64,000 bases of DNA from a phage, in sequence record OZ335964.1. One strand, given 5' to 3'. The notes beneath the pieces are model-generated. The model was not told where the DNA came from and searched no databases. It worked only from the letters and a program-made list of their open reading frames with translations. This document shows positions 1-9,201 of the stretch, piece after piece. The position numbers and the translations under genes were made by a program. Each line of letters starts with the position of its first letter. Positions within the stretch are counted from its first letter, which is position 1.

Positions 1-141
1 AATATTAGAAACGATAATACGGTTACTAATACTGCTAACGTTGCCAATACGCAGATCTATAACAATAATAGGACAGTGCAGATAACTAGACCTCAAACTA
101 ATACACCTTCTCCTGGACTATTACAAAAAGGAATAGTTTAA
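1..141 (+). CDS. 3' end of upstream late structural gene (partial; gp29-like baseplate hub/tape-measure by synteny)
   Basis: Open frame 1 from window edge to TAA at 139-141, immediately before gene 48; Asn/Thr-rich tail. Identity by T4 order 29-48-54 only. Confidence 0.35.
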   Translation, partial: NIRNDNTVTNTANVANTQIYNNNRTVQITRPQTNTPSPGLLQKGIV

Positions 142-142
142 T

Positions 143-1189
143 ATGAAAATTCAAATTTTGGATGATGCTAAAGATACTATTAATCGGGGTATCAAAGCAT
201 CTGCTGGGTTTACTAAAAAACCAGATAATACAACATTAACCGCACAATTTCCGTCTGAACGAGCTAGCGGTAATGATACTTCTGGTATATACATAAATGA
301 CCTTTATAATAACGGCTTGTTGTTTACTGCCTATGATTATAAAGAGCGTGTTACCGGTTCTCTTCGAAATTTCAGAAACGAACATAGTACATTGCGTGGA
401 TTTGGTGCACAAGGAAAGATAAGCGACAAGGAATTTTATCAAACATCTTTTGATCGCGAGGCTGTTGCTAATATCCTACTTCCTCGTAGTCAATCCGATG
501 TTGACTCGGTGAGTCATAAGTTTAATGATGTGGGTGAATCTCTCGTTACACGTGGTGGTGGCACTATTTCTGGTGCGTTGTCTGCTATGGCATCAACCGC
601 CGTATTTGGTGGTTTGGAGAGTTTAACGGGTGGTTATCTTGCCGATAAAAACGAACAGATTTATAATACCGCTCGTAGCATGTATGCTGGCGCAGATCCT
701 AGAACTAAAAACTATGTTTGGCACTTAACACCACGTAGTATTGAAGACCTGCGCAATATATTGATTATCTATGAAACTTTTGTAGAATTGTCTTATGGTT
801 CCAGCGGTATTTCTAGCACAGCAAAGCAATTAAAAGCGGAAGTTGATGCATGGTATAAAAAGACAATTCTTTCTAAGACGGTTCCAGAAGGAGCGGATAC
901 TTCCGGTACTTTGTTTGAGGGCATAACAGACTTTTTGACCAACGTGACCACGGTATCGAATCCGACTATATGGATGATCTCTAACTTTGGTAAACGTTCT
1001 GCTTATGAAGGTCGTAGCGACGTTTTCGGTCCAGCGCAAATTACTAACGTAAGGCTTGACAAATCACCAGACGGTAAATTTGGTGGTTTGGCTATTTCTC
1101 CTAACTTGCCTAGTACCTTCGTTCTGGAAGTATCGTTCAGGGAGATTCTTACTCTTTCTCGCGGTACTGTGTTTGGGAGTTCATTATAA
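143..1189 (+). CDS. 48: baseplate tail-tube cap protein gp48
   Basis: 348 aa, + strand, stop overlaps next start (TAATG); size and position match T4 gene 48 upstream of 54 and alt. Confidence 0.55.
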   Translation: MKIQILDDAKDTINRGIKASAGFTKKPDNTTLTAQFPSERASGNDTSGIYINDLYNNGLLFTAYDYKERVTGSLRNFRNEHSTLRGFGAQGKISDKEFYQTSFDREAVANILLPRSQSDVDSVSHKFNDVGESLVTRGGGTISGALSAMASTAVFGGLESLTGGYLADKNEQIYNTARSMYAGADPRTKNYVWHLTPRSIEDLRNILIIYETFVELSYGSSGISSTAKQLKAEVDAWYKKTILSKTVPEGADTSGTLFEGITDFLTNVTTVSNPTIWMISNFGKRSAYEGRSDVFGPAQITNVRLDKSPDGKFGGLAISPNLPSTFVLEVSFREILTLSRGTVFGSSL

Positions 1190-2118
1190 TGTTTGATTTA
1201 AAAGATTTCAACGAACAAGCCGCAAATCTTGATTTTCAGCGTTCTAATCTATTTTCGGTGGCATTTGCCACCGTTCCTAGTAGCAAGACACAGCAAATTT
1301 TAGAAAATTTTGGTGGTGCTATTCATGATATTATACCAGGTAAATTAAATGATTATTTTGGTATCACAGAGGGTGATTATACCGATGCTGTAAAAAATTT
1401 GGCTATACATGGAGTGCGCAGAGCCGTTACATCGTCAGGTGTCAAAAAGTATCTTTTGGGTGCAATGTCATCCCGTGTAGTTCAATCTCTTTTGGGGCAA
1501 TTTGAAGTTGGTACATATGTCATGGATTGGTTCAACATGGCATATAAGACAAGCGGTTTGATGGTATATGCTGTTAAGGTTCCAGAAAACCGATTGAGTT
1601 ATGAAATGGACAGAAACCACAATGCGCCTAACATTAGAATTACTGGACGTGATTATGACCCGTTGATTCTTAGCTTTAGAATGGACGCTAGCGCGTCTAA
1701 TTACAGGGCGATGCAGGATTGGGTTAACTCTGTAGAAGACCCCGTTACAGGGCTTCGTGCGCTTCCTGTAGACGTTGAAGCAGATATTCAAGTTAACCTA
1801 CATAATCGCATGGGTGTACCTCACACTATCATGATGTTTAATGGTTGTGTTCCTGTTGGGGTTAGTGCACCTGAGTTGAGTTATGAAAACAACAACGAGA
1901 TCACTACATTCGACGTGACGTTTGCTTATAGGACAATGCAAGTTGGTGCTGTTGGTGAGCAAGCCGCTAGAGAATGGATTGAAGATAAGGCCATAAACCT
2001 TATTCAAAATACTATAGGTGAGGGTAAAACAGGTTCATTAACTTCTGCTGGTAGTGCATTATCTAGATTGCAGGGTGTTGGTGGTAGGGTAGTTAATACT
2101 ATCACTAGATTATTTTAA
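1189..2118 (+). CDS. 54: baseplate tail-tube initiator gp54
   Basis: 309 aa, translationally coupled to gene 48; synteny 48-54-alt; followed by strong hairpin terminator. Confidence 0.55.
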   Translation: MFDLKDFNEQAANLDFQRSNLFSVAFATVPSSKTQQILENFGGAIHDIIPGKLNDYFGITEGDYTDAVKNLAIHGVRRAVTSSGVKKYLLGAMSSRVVQSLLGQFEVGTYVMDWFNMAYKTSGLMVYAVKVPENRLSYEMDRNHNAPNIRITGRDYDPLILSFRMDASASNYRAMQDWVNSVEDPVTGLRALPVDVEADIQVNLHNRMGVPHTIMMFNGCVPVGVSAPELSYENNNEITTFDVTFAYRTMQVGAVGEQAAREWIEDKAINLIQNTIGEGKTGSLTSAGSALSRLQGVGGRVVNTITRLF

Positions 2119-2120
2119 TA

Positions 2121-2148
2121 CAAAAAGGGGGCAAATGCCCCCTTTTTT
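2121..2148. terminator. bidirectional rho-independent terminator
   Basis: GGGGGC-AAAT-GCCCCC hairpin flanked by A-run and T-run between convergent genes 54 (+) and lipoprotein (-). Confidence 0.7.
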
Positions 2149-2653
2149 AATTTAGCAGATCTTCACACTGTTTACGCAGTTTATGACGATATTCTTTAGA
2201 TTGCAGTAGTTGTACTTTTTCATAATCCCCTATTTCATATGCATTTGAGAGATCATCCTGATATGCTGCCTCTGTACCAATTCGGCAAATGTCGTATTGA
2301 CGGGCTTTTTTCAAATCTAATTGTTCTCTCTCAAATTCTTTTCTTCGTTTTTCTTCTCGCTCTTGATACTTTTTATTTTGATATTCGATGTTGCTCTTAA
2401 TCTCTGCAATTCGTTGCTGTGCTTCTTGTGGCAATCCTACACGCAAAGCGGCTTCATCTTTTTTCTGTAACAGGTCGATAACACAGTATTCTGGTTCTTG
2501 ATAAGTCTGATTACCATGTGGATGGTAGTACCAACGAGCGCAATGTTCTTCGATTGACTGTATAGAAGCCGTAGCCGTTCGATAGTCTTTAATATTAGCA
2601 CAACCAGTTAACATGAATACAGCCGCAAGTCCGATTGGTTTAATCATTTTCAT
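2147..2653 (-). CDS. predicted lipoprotein, unknown function
   Basis: N-terminus MKMIKPIGLAAVFMLTGC has a signal peptide with lipobox L-T-G-C; charged coiled-coil-like C-terminal half; start overlaps upstream stop (ATGA). Confidence 0.6.
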   Translation of the reverse strand: MKMIKPIGLAAVFMLTGCANIKDYRTATASIQSIEEHCARWYYHPHGNQTYQEPEYCVIDLLQKKDEAALRVGLPQEAQQRIAEIKSNIEYQNKKYQEREEKRRKEFEREQLDLKKARQYDICRIGTEAAYQDDLSNAYEIGDYEKVQLLQSKEYRHKLRKQCEDLLN

Positions 2654-3474
2654 TTAGTCACCTCACCGAAAATTGTAAATTGTCTACGATTCTCATCGCC
2701 GAAAGATTCTACTACGTCGTTTACCTTTATGCAAGTCCCGCGCGGTAAAATTACTTCACATTCGCAAGGATTCCATGCAATTGACCCAACAACAAAACCT
2801 TTATGATCTTTTACGTCAATTACCCATGATACATTACAAGAATGTTGCATCTTTCCGGTCATTGATTCATATCGATTCTCACAATAAAGGCTAGTGCTAT
2901 TTGAAAGCCAGCCTCCAAAGATGATCGGTGTCATGCTGGTCGACACAAAGTTTTTAAAGGTAAATTCCTTATCTTCAATAATACGCTCTATTGTCTGAAT
3001 GTCAAGATGTTGACCGCGATAAAGAGTACCGTTTAACTTTTCGGTTTTATCCATGACACAATCCATCAAATCGACGATCTCTGATATCTCATCGGTCATG
3101 TCTTCTTCCCCTAAGAGAGCACCATTTACCCATTCGTATTGTTCAGACACATAATCACAGATTGCATTATATTCTGCTGGGGTTATGTTGTTATGTTTGT
3201 AATGTTTGAACACATTATCTCCAAAGTCTTCAGAGTGTACTTCATACATCACATTAATGATTTTCTTGACAAATCCATAATCTTGTGTCTCGCGCTCAAG
3301 GAAGCGGATAACATTCACGTAATCATCAAAGTTAATCTGATCGCTGATCATCTCAGTGATCATGTAACCATTAATCCCCTCAATGTCATATGTTTCAATA
3401 TAATTGTCCATACGTTCCATCATTGATTCGCGTGATTCTTCCGAAAGACGAAAATCCTGTAATTTCTTGAACAT
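2650..3474 (-). CDS. ADP-ribosyltransferase-fold protein (Alt/Mod-like paralogue)
   Basis: 274 aa with R-S-E triad in order: TLYRGQ (Arg), FVSTSMT (STS), CECEVILPRG (ExE); same motif set as Alt next door. Confidence 0.55.
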   Translation of the reverse strand: MFKKLQDFRLSEESRESMMERMDNYIETYDIEGINGYMITEMISDQINFDDYVNVIRFLERETQDYGFVKKIINVMYEVHSEDFGDNVFKHYKHNNITPAEYNAICDYVSEQYEWVNGALLGEEDMTDEISEIVDLMDCVMDKTEKLNGTLYRGQHLDIQTIERIIEDKEFTFKNFVSTSMTPIIFGGWLSNSTSLYCENRYESMTGKMQHSCNVSWVIDVKDHKGFVVGSIAWNPCECEVILPRGTCIKVNDVVESFGDENRRQFTIFGEVTK

Positions 3475-3493
3475 TTTAAACCTCCCATATAAC

Positions 3494-3528
3494 AGAAAAC
3501 GGGGCTAGTATAAAACTAGTCCCCGTTT
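3494..3528 (-). terminator. rho-independent terminator downstream of alt
   Basis: 11-bp perfect stem ACGGGGCTAGT/ACTAGTCCCCGT followed on minus strand by T-rich tract. Confidence 0.6.
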
Positions 3529-3552
3529 GAGTCAACCATTATTTCTTAAAAA

Positions 3553-5604
3553 TTACATTTTAAATTTATCTGGCATAGCGTCTACAGATACCAGATCAGC
3601 GATAAGCTGACGTAGAGTTGCCTTATCTGCTTTCTTACGTTCGGTTTTAGCTTCGGTAATAAAGCTGGAGAAAGACAGGTCAGAAGCAGGTTTAACAACA
3701 CCTTCACGGATGAATGCATCACCGTCCGCGATCATCTCGCCAGATTCTTGTAATGCTGCCAGTTCATTTTTGTTCATAATATGTGCCTCAATGTAATAAG
3801 TTTCTTGTGAATCCGTCGATGCCGTAGCACGAGTTACCGTATCAAAGGATAACACAACACCGCGAGGAAGTAAAATCTCGCATTCTTTGTAAGCAAATGC
3901 TTTGTTACCTACTGGCAATACAGGGATGTTTTCCGCGCCAGCAATGGAGAAAGCAACATTAGCGCCACCTTCACCGCGAGATCCAGCCATAGAATCTACA
4001 CCAGCAACGGCACTAGCCACGTTTGCATTCCAGCCACCAAAAATGTTAGGTGCAAGGGAAGTGCTCACATAGTTTTTAAAGTAAAACGCTTTTTGCTTAC
4101 GTGCAGTTTCCCACATTTGAGACCGGAAGTCCATACCACGATACAGAATAGTACCAGGATCAAGTTTAACGCCATAGTTAGAGAAGGCATTATCCAGTGC
4201 ATCGCACATCTTGACCAATTCTTCTGGATCTGCGATGCCTTCAAACTCTTCCAGCTTACGGTCGGTTAGGAAGTTGTTCATATTGATGTATGCTGCATCG
4301 GCATATTCGCTCAACACAAAACCTTCCGCGCCAGGCAGATCAAGATCAATATCTGCCATCATTTCACCCATGTTGCTAGCAATTGCTTCAAACATACCGG
4401 AAGCAACATTACGTAGGGCATCGGTTTTAATCTGGGTGATATGACTACGCAGCATTTCAGCTTTTACATCTGCTGGCATAGACTGGTCTACTCGATCCAT
4501 TGCCAGTGCGGTGATCTTGTTTTCGAATACTTCCTCGCTCATGATTTCTTTTAAGCGTTTGATTGATGCTGCGATAACTTCCGCAGACAACGGATCATAT
4601 TGATCCTGAACTTTTACCAGTTCACTTACTGCGTATTTTGCATCGGCTTCGCTTTCAAAAATAGTACGCATGAAACCATAGCGAGTGATAATATCACTTG
4701 TCCAGTCATTCAGAGAACGGGCGGTTGAACGTTCTAAGGCTTGACGATCAATCAGAGTATTAAACTGTTTCTTAGGTTCGGCTTCGGTGATATCTTCTTC
4801 CGGTTTAAGATTAATTTTTTCTGGATGATTCACATAGTCGCTGTTATAGGTCGCTTGAGTTTTCAGCATTTCTTCTTTAGTCAAACGAGACTTAGCCGCT
4901 ACACGTTGTTCTGCTTCCGCGTTTCGTTCTTCTTCTGATGCAAGGCTAGCCGCATACGCTTCATCTTTAGTCAGAGATTCACCAGTAGCTTTAGATACCC
5001 AGCGATCACCTAAATCACTTTCTACTTTAGTGAACAGGGAATCATCAAGTTTAATCCCTTTAATCTTATCAATCGACATCCCGCGACGCTTGACAACAAC
5101 TAAAGCGATCTTTTTGCTGGTCATTACTTCCTGCTGGAATACTTCAAACTTAGGAGTACGACGCACCAAACGCTCTATAACGCGCTTAACCAGTTCGGTC
5201 TTACCTTTCATGCGGGATACGTTAAAACGGAACATAACAGCGTCTAATTGCGCTTTACGGGCTGTTTCCATAACCACATCAAAAGCACTTGCCATAACTG
5301 CAATCGGGTTATCGCCTAGACCATTTTTAAGCTGTACAATACGACCGCTTTTGTTCATCTCGCACAGTACAACATGTGCGGTCTTGTCACCCATACGAAT
5401 GATTTTAGGTGTTTTGTTGGTGAAGTTACAAAGACGGACAATCACATCTTTATCGCGTGTCTGTACTGCAAAAAGCTGTTTAGGGTTCTGCTTAGGCTTT
5501 AAGCACTGTACCGGAGCAATACTACCAAAGTTTTCTTCCTCTTCCGTCAACAGCCATTTCTCGAAAGATTCAATCATTAGATCGTCGATTTCTAAGTTAA
5601 ACAT
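3553..5604 (-). CDS. alt: ADP-ribosyltransferase Alt (packaged, modifies host RNA polymerase in T4)
   Basis: 683 aa (T4 Alt 682 aa); C-terminal ART motifs ILYRGM, YVSTSLA, YKECEILLPRG; synteny between 54 and 30. Confidence 0.8.
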   Translation of the reverse strand: MFNLEIDDLMIESFEKWLLTEEEENFGSIAPVQCLKPKQNPKQLFAVQTRDKDVIVRLCNFTNKTPKIIRMGDKTAHVVLCEMNKSGRIVQLKNGLGDNPIAVMASAFDVVMETARKAQLDAVMFRFNVSRMKGKTELVKRVIERLVRRTPKFEVFQQEVMTSKKIALVVVKRRGMSIDKIKGIKLDDSLFTKVESDLGDRWVSKATGESLTKDEAYAASLASEEERNAEAEQRVAAKSRLTKEEMLKTQATYNSDYVNHPEKINLKPEEDITEAEPKKQFNTLIDRQALERSTARSLNDWTSDIITRYGFMRTIFESEADAKYAVSELVKVQDQYDPLSAEVIAASIKRLKEIMSEEVFENKITALAMDRVDQSMPADVKAEMLRSHITQIKTDALRNVASGMFEAIASNMGEMMADIDLDLPGAEGFVLSEYADAAYINMNNFLTDRKLEEFEGIADPEELVKMCDALDNAFSNYGVKLDPGTILYRGMDFRSQMWETARKQKAFYFKNYVSTSLAPNIFGGWNANVASAVAGVDSMAGSRGEGGANVAFSIAGAENIPVLPVGNKAFAYKECEILLPRGVVLSFDTVTRATASTDSQETYYIEAHIMNKNELAALQESGEMIADGDAFIREGVVKPASDLSFSSFITEAKTERKKADKATLRQLIADLVSVDAMPDKFKM

Positions 5605-5645
5605 TTTATATCCTCTAGTTGATAACCTATAAACCTATATTTATG

Positions 5646-5673
5646 AAAAAAGGGGCTTAACGCCCCCTTTTTA
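5646..5673. terminator. hairpin terminator
   Basis: GGGGC-TTAAC-GCCCC hairpin with flanking A-run/T-run. Confidence 0.55.
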
Positions 5674-5886
5674 TTATAATGCACCATCAAGCAATTGCTC
5701 TAAGGTGTATCCTGAATAGTCTTTTTCAATCAGGATATATTTTCCTACTCGTTTAATCCAGCCACGCATTTCAACGTATTCTGCGTAGTTGATAGTGCGA
5801 GTTGTTCCATCTTCTAGCAAAGCAGTACCGATTTCGTTAATGCGGTCATAAGTTACGTCGGTGATGATGATTTCGATGTTAGCCAT
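5674..5886 (-). CDS. hypothetical small early protein
   Basis: 70 aa; preceded by promoter cassette and RBS AGGAG; begins MANIE like the 8047..8298 gene, whose first codons are part of the same cassette. Confidence 0.5.
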   Translation of the reverse strand: MANIEIIITDVTYDRINEIGTALLEDGTTRTINYAEYVEMRGWIKRVGKYILIEKDYSGYTLEQLLDGAL

Positions 5887-5922
5887 TTGATACTCCTTAG
5901 TAGTTCGTTTCGGTATGTGTGC

Positions 5923-5951
5923 ATTATAGGGGATCGATGATCCCCTGTCAA
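5923..5951 (-). promoter_or_regulatory. sigma70-type early promoter cassette
   Basis: Minus strand: TTGACA - 17 nt palindromic spacer GGGGATCATCGATCCCC - TATAAT, then conserved leader CCGAAACGAACT and RBS. Confidence 0.6.
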
Positions 5952-5958
5952 CAACTTT

Positions 5959-6477
5959 TTAGTTATTTTTTAATTGCTCATCTTGCAATAAAGCAATCAC
6001 ATGCTGGCGATGTTCTTCCGACTGAGGCACACCGAAAAAGTTTGTTTTGTAGAAATACTCTAATCGGTCTTCTCGTGTGCTCTCTTCCATCATGATCGCG
6101 GGTAGTCCGAGATTTCGGAAACGTCGCTTTTCTGCTGGCGTAAAATCGCTGTAATACAGCATAGAATCATCATTACCAGCAATGCTAAACTCATCCTTCA
6201 TGAAAGAGAATATTGCGTTTAAACGCTGTTTACCGTCCACGATTTCGATCTCATAGCGAGAGCCATCATCAATCTTAGCCATTGCGATAGCACCAACCGG
6301 AAAATCATTAATCAGGTTTTCGATAAACATACGTTTGTTTTCTGTGTCCCATACTAAAGGACGCTGATAATCTGGGTTCATGTTGATAAAGCCATCTTCT
6401 AGCCATGCTTCATAGACAGATATGACAAAGTTTTTAGTATTGGTATAGTAACGGCGTTTAGGCGTTAAACGGTTCAT
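5959..6477 (-). CDS. DUF262/ParB-like domain protein (GmrS N-terminal-domain-like)
   Basis: Motifs DYQRPLVW, FPVG and VDGKQRLNAI (DGQQR-like); start MNRLTPKRR chosen by RBS AGGAGA and coupling to upstream stop (track ORF extends to 6513). Confidence 0.6.
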   Translation of the reverse strand: MNRLTPKRRYYTNTKNFVISVYEAWLEDGFINMNPDYQRPLVWDTENKRMFIENLINDFPVGAIAMAKIDDGSRYEIEIVDGKQRLNAIFSFMKDEFSIAGNDDSMLYYSDFTPAEKRRFRNLGLPAIMMEESTREDRLEYFYKTNFFGVPQSEEHRQHVIALLQDEQLKNN

Positions 6478-6478
6478 G

Positions 6479-6811
6479 TTATAGTCTCCTGAATGGATCA
6501 TCACGTAAATCAATATCTTTTAAGAACTCATCCCATGAATGGCGGATATTGTTCTTAATTCTCCAGATAAGCGCAGGGATTGAACGCTCTCCCATCTGGA
6601 AGTAAGGATCATATGATCCGTATGCCCAATATGCTACTACAATTCCACAATCAGCGCAATAGTATTCTATTTCACTTGCTGGCGACCAAAGTCCATCAAT
6701 ATGATCGGTGATCTTGCTTTCGATGTTATGGCTATGGCAATCAGGGCAACGGATGCAATGACCTTGTTTATCGTAATTTGACGTTAGCGAATACTTAAAC
6801 AATCTCATCAT
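6479..6811 (-). CDS. Cys-rich zinc-ribbon protein
   Basis: 110 aa with CIRCPDC ... CADCG cysteine clusters; start overlaps upstream stop (ATGATGA). Confidence 0.5.
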   Translation of the reverse strand: MMRLFKYSLTSNYDKQGHCIRCPDCHSHNIESKITDHIDGLWSPASEIEYYCADCGIVVAYWAYGSYDPYFQMGERSIPALIWRIKNNIRHSWDEFLKDIDLRDDPFRRL

Positions 6812-7572
6812 AGATCCTTATTGGCTTCAAATACTGCCTTTGCGAATCCTCGCGGGGTAAGTGACCTGATAGTCTTTGTTCTGGTTCCTTTCCCGCCTAG
6901 CTTAGAATGCTGTTTACTGTACCCTTTCTCAATCGGCAACGGTTTCTTTTCTGGCATTATAAAGCCTTGTCCGGTCCATAAGCAAGTCTTTTTCGGGTAC
7001 ATATCACGGGCGGCAATATACTCAGGAAACGTAGGATGTATATCATCTTCCGGCAAATAACCGCCATATTCCCACGGGTGGAACATGTAATCAGGCTTAC
7101 GCCACATGCTAGAGATAACGCTTACAGGATTCTCTATCATGTAGGGAACTCCTAGCCATTCACCCAAATAAGCTGTTATTTTAGCTGCCCGTACATCATG
7201 AACTTGAATTAATGGTCCTTGCTCTCGTTTCTTTCGTTCAAAGTGTGCAGCGCCACTAACAGCTAAATTTGAACAGCTAGGAAACGCAAAGATCATATCC
7301 GGTTTGCCCCATTCAAGATCCATCGCCCTTTCCAACCAATCCAGATCTATCCATGAATTAACATAAGTTAAATTTGGGTGTTCAAATCGAGTGTTATACT
7401 TTTTATATGTTCCATGATCGGCATCATCAGCATTAAAGCAGATCACTTTATGACCTGCTTTAGCCCATTCTAGACCCATAATACCGGACCCATCGAATGT
7501 ACAAAATATAAGTTTACTTTCCGTGGTTTTCATGATAGCCATACTCTCTTTCTGCTTTGGTTCTAACTGCAA
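6808..7572 (-). CDS. SAM-dependent methyltransferase-like protein with C5-cytosine-MTase-type motifs
   Basis: 254 aa; FDGSGIMG (motif I FxGxG), FAFPSCS (motif IV Pro-Cys), MIENPVS (motif VI ENV-like) with canonical spacing; no obvious TRD or motifs VIII-X, so function uncertain. Confidence 0.45.
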   Translation of the reverse strand: MQLEPKQKESMAIMKTTESKLIFCTFDGSGIMGLEWAKAGHKVICFNADDADHGTYKKYNTRFEHPNLTYVNSWIDLDWLERAMDLEWGKPDMIFAFPSCSNLAVSGAAHFERKKREQGPLIQVHDVRAAKITAYLGEWLGVPYMIENPVSVISSMWRKPDYMFHPWEYGGYLPEDDIHPTFPEYIAARDMYPKKTCLWTGQGFIMPEKKPLPIEKGYSKQHSKLGGKGTRTKTIRSLTPRGFAKAVFEANKDL

Positions 7573-8050
7573 CGGCTTCTTCTAGTGTGTCGAAACACCC
7601 TAGATATTTTCTATCACCGCGTCGACCGCCGCCAATTCTAACTACCCATTTATTGTATTTGTTTTTATGTATTCCACTATGTCCGCTTGTATTCTTTTTA
7701 GACTTTGTTTGATTTCTCATGTTGTCGCGGTGTAGTTTAAGTTCAAAGTTAACCGCTCTATTATCTGTCTTAATGTGATTAATATGATCTACTTCATATC
7801 CTTCTGGTATAGGTCCATTGTGGATAATATAACATACTCGATGAACTTTGTAGTTAATAATTTTACCGTCAATTTTTATTGACGATTCAAGATAACGTCC
7901 ACCACTTCCTAGTGACCCGACCTCCTTTCCAGCCCATGCAGCATTCCATTGTTTTATTCTTGATGGGTGTATATCTGTTCTCTCCTTCCATGTAAGGATA
8001 CCAGTGTCAGGATCATAATTAAAGTATTTCTTCCAGTCTATATTGTTCAC
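7514..8050 (-). CDS. HNH homing endonuclease with AP2-like DNA-binding domain
   Basis: 178 aa; HNH_3-type motif VDHINHIKTDNRAVNFEL plus AP2-like SGHSGIHKNKYNKWVVRIGGGRRGDRKYLGCFDTLEEAVAVR. Confidence 0.75.
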   Translation of the reverse strand: MNNIDWKKYFNYDPDTGILTWKERTDIHPSRIKQWNAAWAGKEVGSLGSGGRYLESSIKIDGKIINYKVHRVCYIIHNGPIPEGYEVDHINHIKTDNRAVNFELKLHRDNMRNQTKSKKNTSGHSGIHKNKYNKWVVRIGGGRRGDRKYLGCFDTLEEAVAVRTKAEREYGYHENHGK

Positions 8051-8298
8051 GCTGCCCCCATTGGTTTGATAGTAACAGAATCTAAAAGACCTTTGTTAGC
8101 CAGTTCGCGGCAAGTTTTCAGATCCGTAACTTCCCAGCCAGCCGCAATCAGGTTATCAATCAGGCTGTTAGCAACTTCTTCGCTCATGAAAGAGCACTGT
8201 TTGCCGATGGTGTAGCGTACACGCTGTAATTTCAGTTTACGGAAGCCTTTAACGTTCAGGTCTTTAGCGATTTTCTTTGCGGTTTCGATGTTAGCCAT
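8047..8298 (-). CDS. hypothetical small early protein
   Basis: 83 aa; promoter cassette and RBS upstream; stop overlaps HNH start. Confidence 0.5.
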   Translation of the reverse strand: MANIETAKKIAKDLNVKGFRKLKLQRVRYTIGKQCSFMSEEVANSLIDNLIAAGWEVTDLKTCRELANKGLLDSVTIKPMGAA

Positions 8299-8338
8299 TG
8301 TTTGATTCTCCTAAGTGGTATCTCGTCTTGATGTTTGT

Positions 8339-8368
8339 ATTGTAGGGGATCTCCCGATCCCCTGTCAA
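8339..8368 (-). promoter_or_regulatory. sigma70-type early promoter cassette
   Basis: TTGACA - 18 nt palindromic spacer GGGGATCGGGAGATCCCC - TACAAT on minus strand. Confidence 0.55.
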
Positions 8369-8381
8369 CAACTTTTTTAGA

Positions 8382-8855
8382 TTATTTGCACCAAATTCGA
8401 ATTATTTCGTCTCGTTCAAATTTCTGCCAGATTACTCGGTCACCCGCTGCCATGATACTGACAAATCCAGTTGTGTTTCCTGTGTACTTGCTTTTAGTCT
8501 CGGCATCATATTCAAAGAATGGTGCTTTAAGATCGCTAAACTCATCTTTTCCCACAAACTTCATAACATGACGATGCGCGTAATATTCGCTTCTTAGTGT
8601 TGTTGTGATAGTTCCGTCATTATTTGATTTCAGATGTAATTCTGCATCTTCATAAAGACTTGCATCTCGTTGTTTACTTTCAATACCGTCGTTATATGTT
8701 GATTTCGTTGCACTCCAACATTGATAAGTTTTATCAACATTTTCGATCTTTTCCTGTGTCATATCAAAAAGCGGTGCAACCTTTTTCTTAGCCGCGTGTG
8801 CTACGTTGGTCATGGACAGTGCTGCAACAACCACAATAGCAATAATCTTCTTCAT
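8382..8855 (-). CDS. secreted/periplasmic protein, unknown function
   Basis: 157 aa; N-terminal signal peptide MKKIIAIVVVAALSMTNVAHA. Confidence 0.6.
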   Translation of the reverse strand: MKKIIAIVVVAALSMTNVAHAAKKKVAPLFDMTQEKIENVDKTYQCWSATKSTYNDGIESKQRDASLYEDAELHLKSNNDGTITTTLRSEYYAHRHVMKFVGKDEFSDLKAPFFEYDAETKSKYTGNTTGFVSIMAAGDRVIWQKFERDEIIRIWCK

Positions 8856-8885
8856 AGTATTCTCCTTTTGTTTTGTGTTGGGAGT

Positions 8886-8914
8886 ATCTTAGCGACACTC
8901 CCGTTATTTTTCAA
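8886..8914 (-). promoter_or_regulatory. early promoter cassette (variant)
   Basis: TTGAAA - 17 nt - TAAGAT on minus strand; -10 lies in loop of GGGAGT..ACTCCC inverted repeat. Confidence 0.45.
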
Positions 8915-8919
8915 ATCTT

Positions 8920-9201
8920 TTATTCGTGATTAGTTTCGATGTTATACATTTTGCACCAGTTCAGCCAATCGCCCAGATCTTGATAGTTGATGCTTTTATC
9001 TGCTGCCATCGTTTTGGTCTTGATACCCATATGTGCGTTATGAGTAAGCATTTTTACAGTGAACTCAATTTTATCGCCTTTAGCTTTAACATCAACCAGT
9101 TTGGTCCACTGGCTACCAGCGCCGCGAATGTTCATACCAACGATGTTTCCGATGTATGCTTCTTTGTTTTTCAGGATTTCGGTTGCTTTGATGAATTTCA
9201 T
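8920..9201 (-). CDS. hypothetical protein
   Basis: 93 aa ORF with RBS and promoter cassette upstream. Confidence 0.5.
   Translation of the reverse strand: MKFIKATEILKNKEAYIGNIVGMNIRGAGSQWTKLVDVKAKGDKIEFTVKMLTHNAHMGIKTKTMAADKSINYQDLGDWLNWCKMYNIETNHE

Noticed and set aside
5030-5632. 200-aa + strand ORF
   Set aside because: Lies entirely antisense to the well-supported alt gene; low-complexity Ser/Thr/Leu-rich translation and no RBS; shadow ORF.
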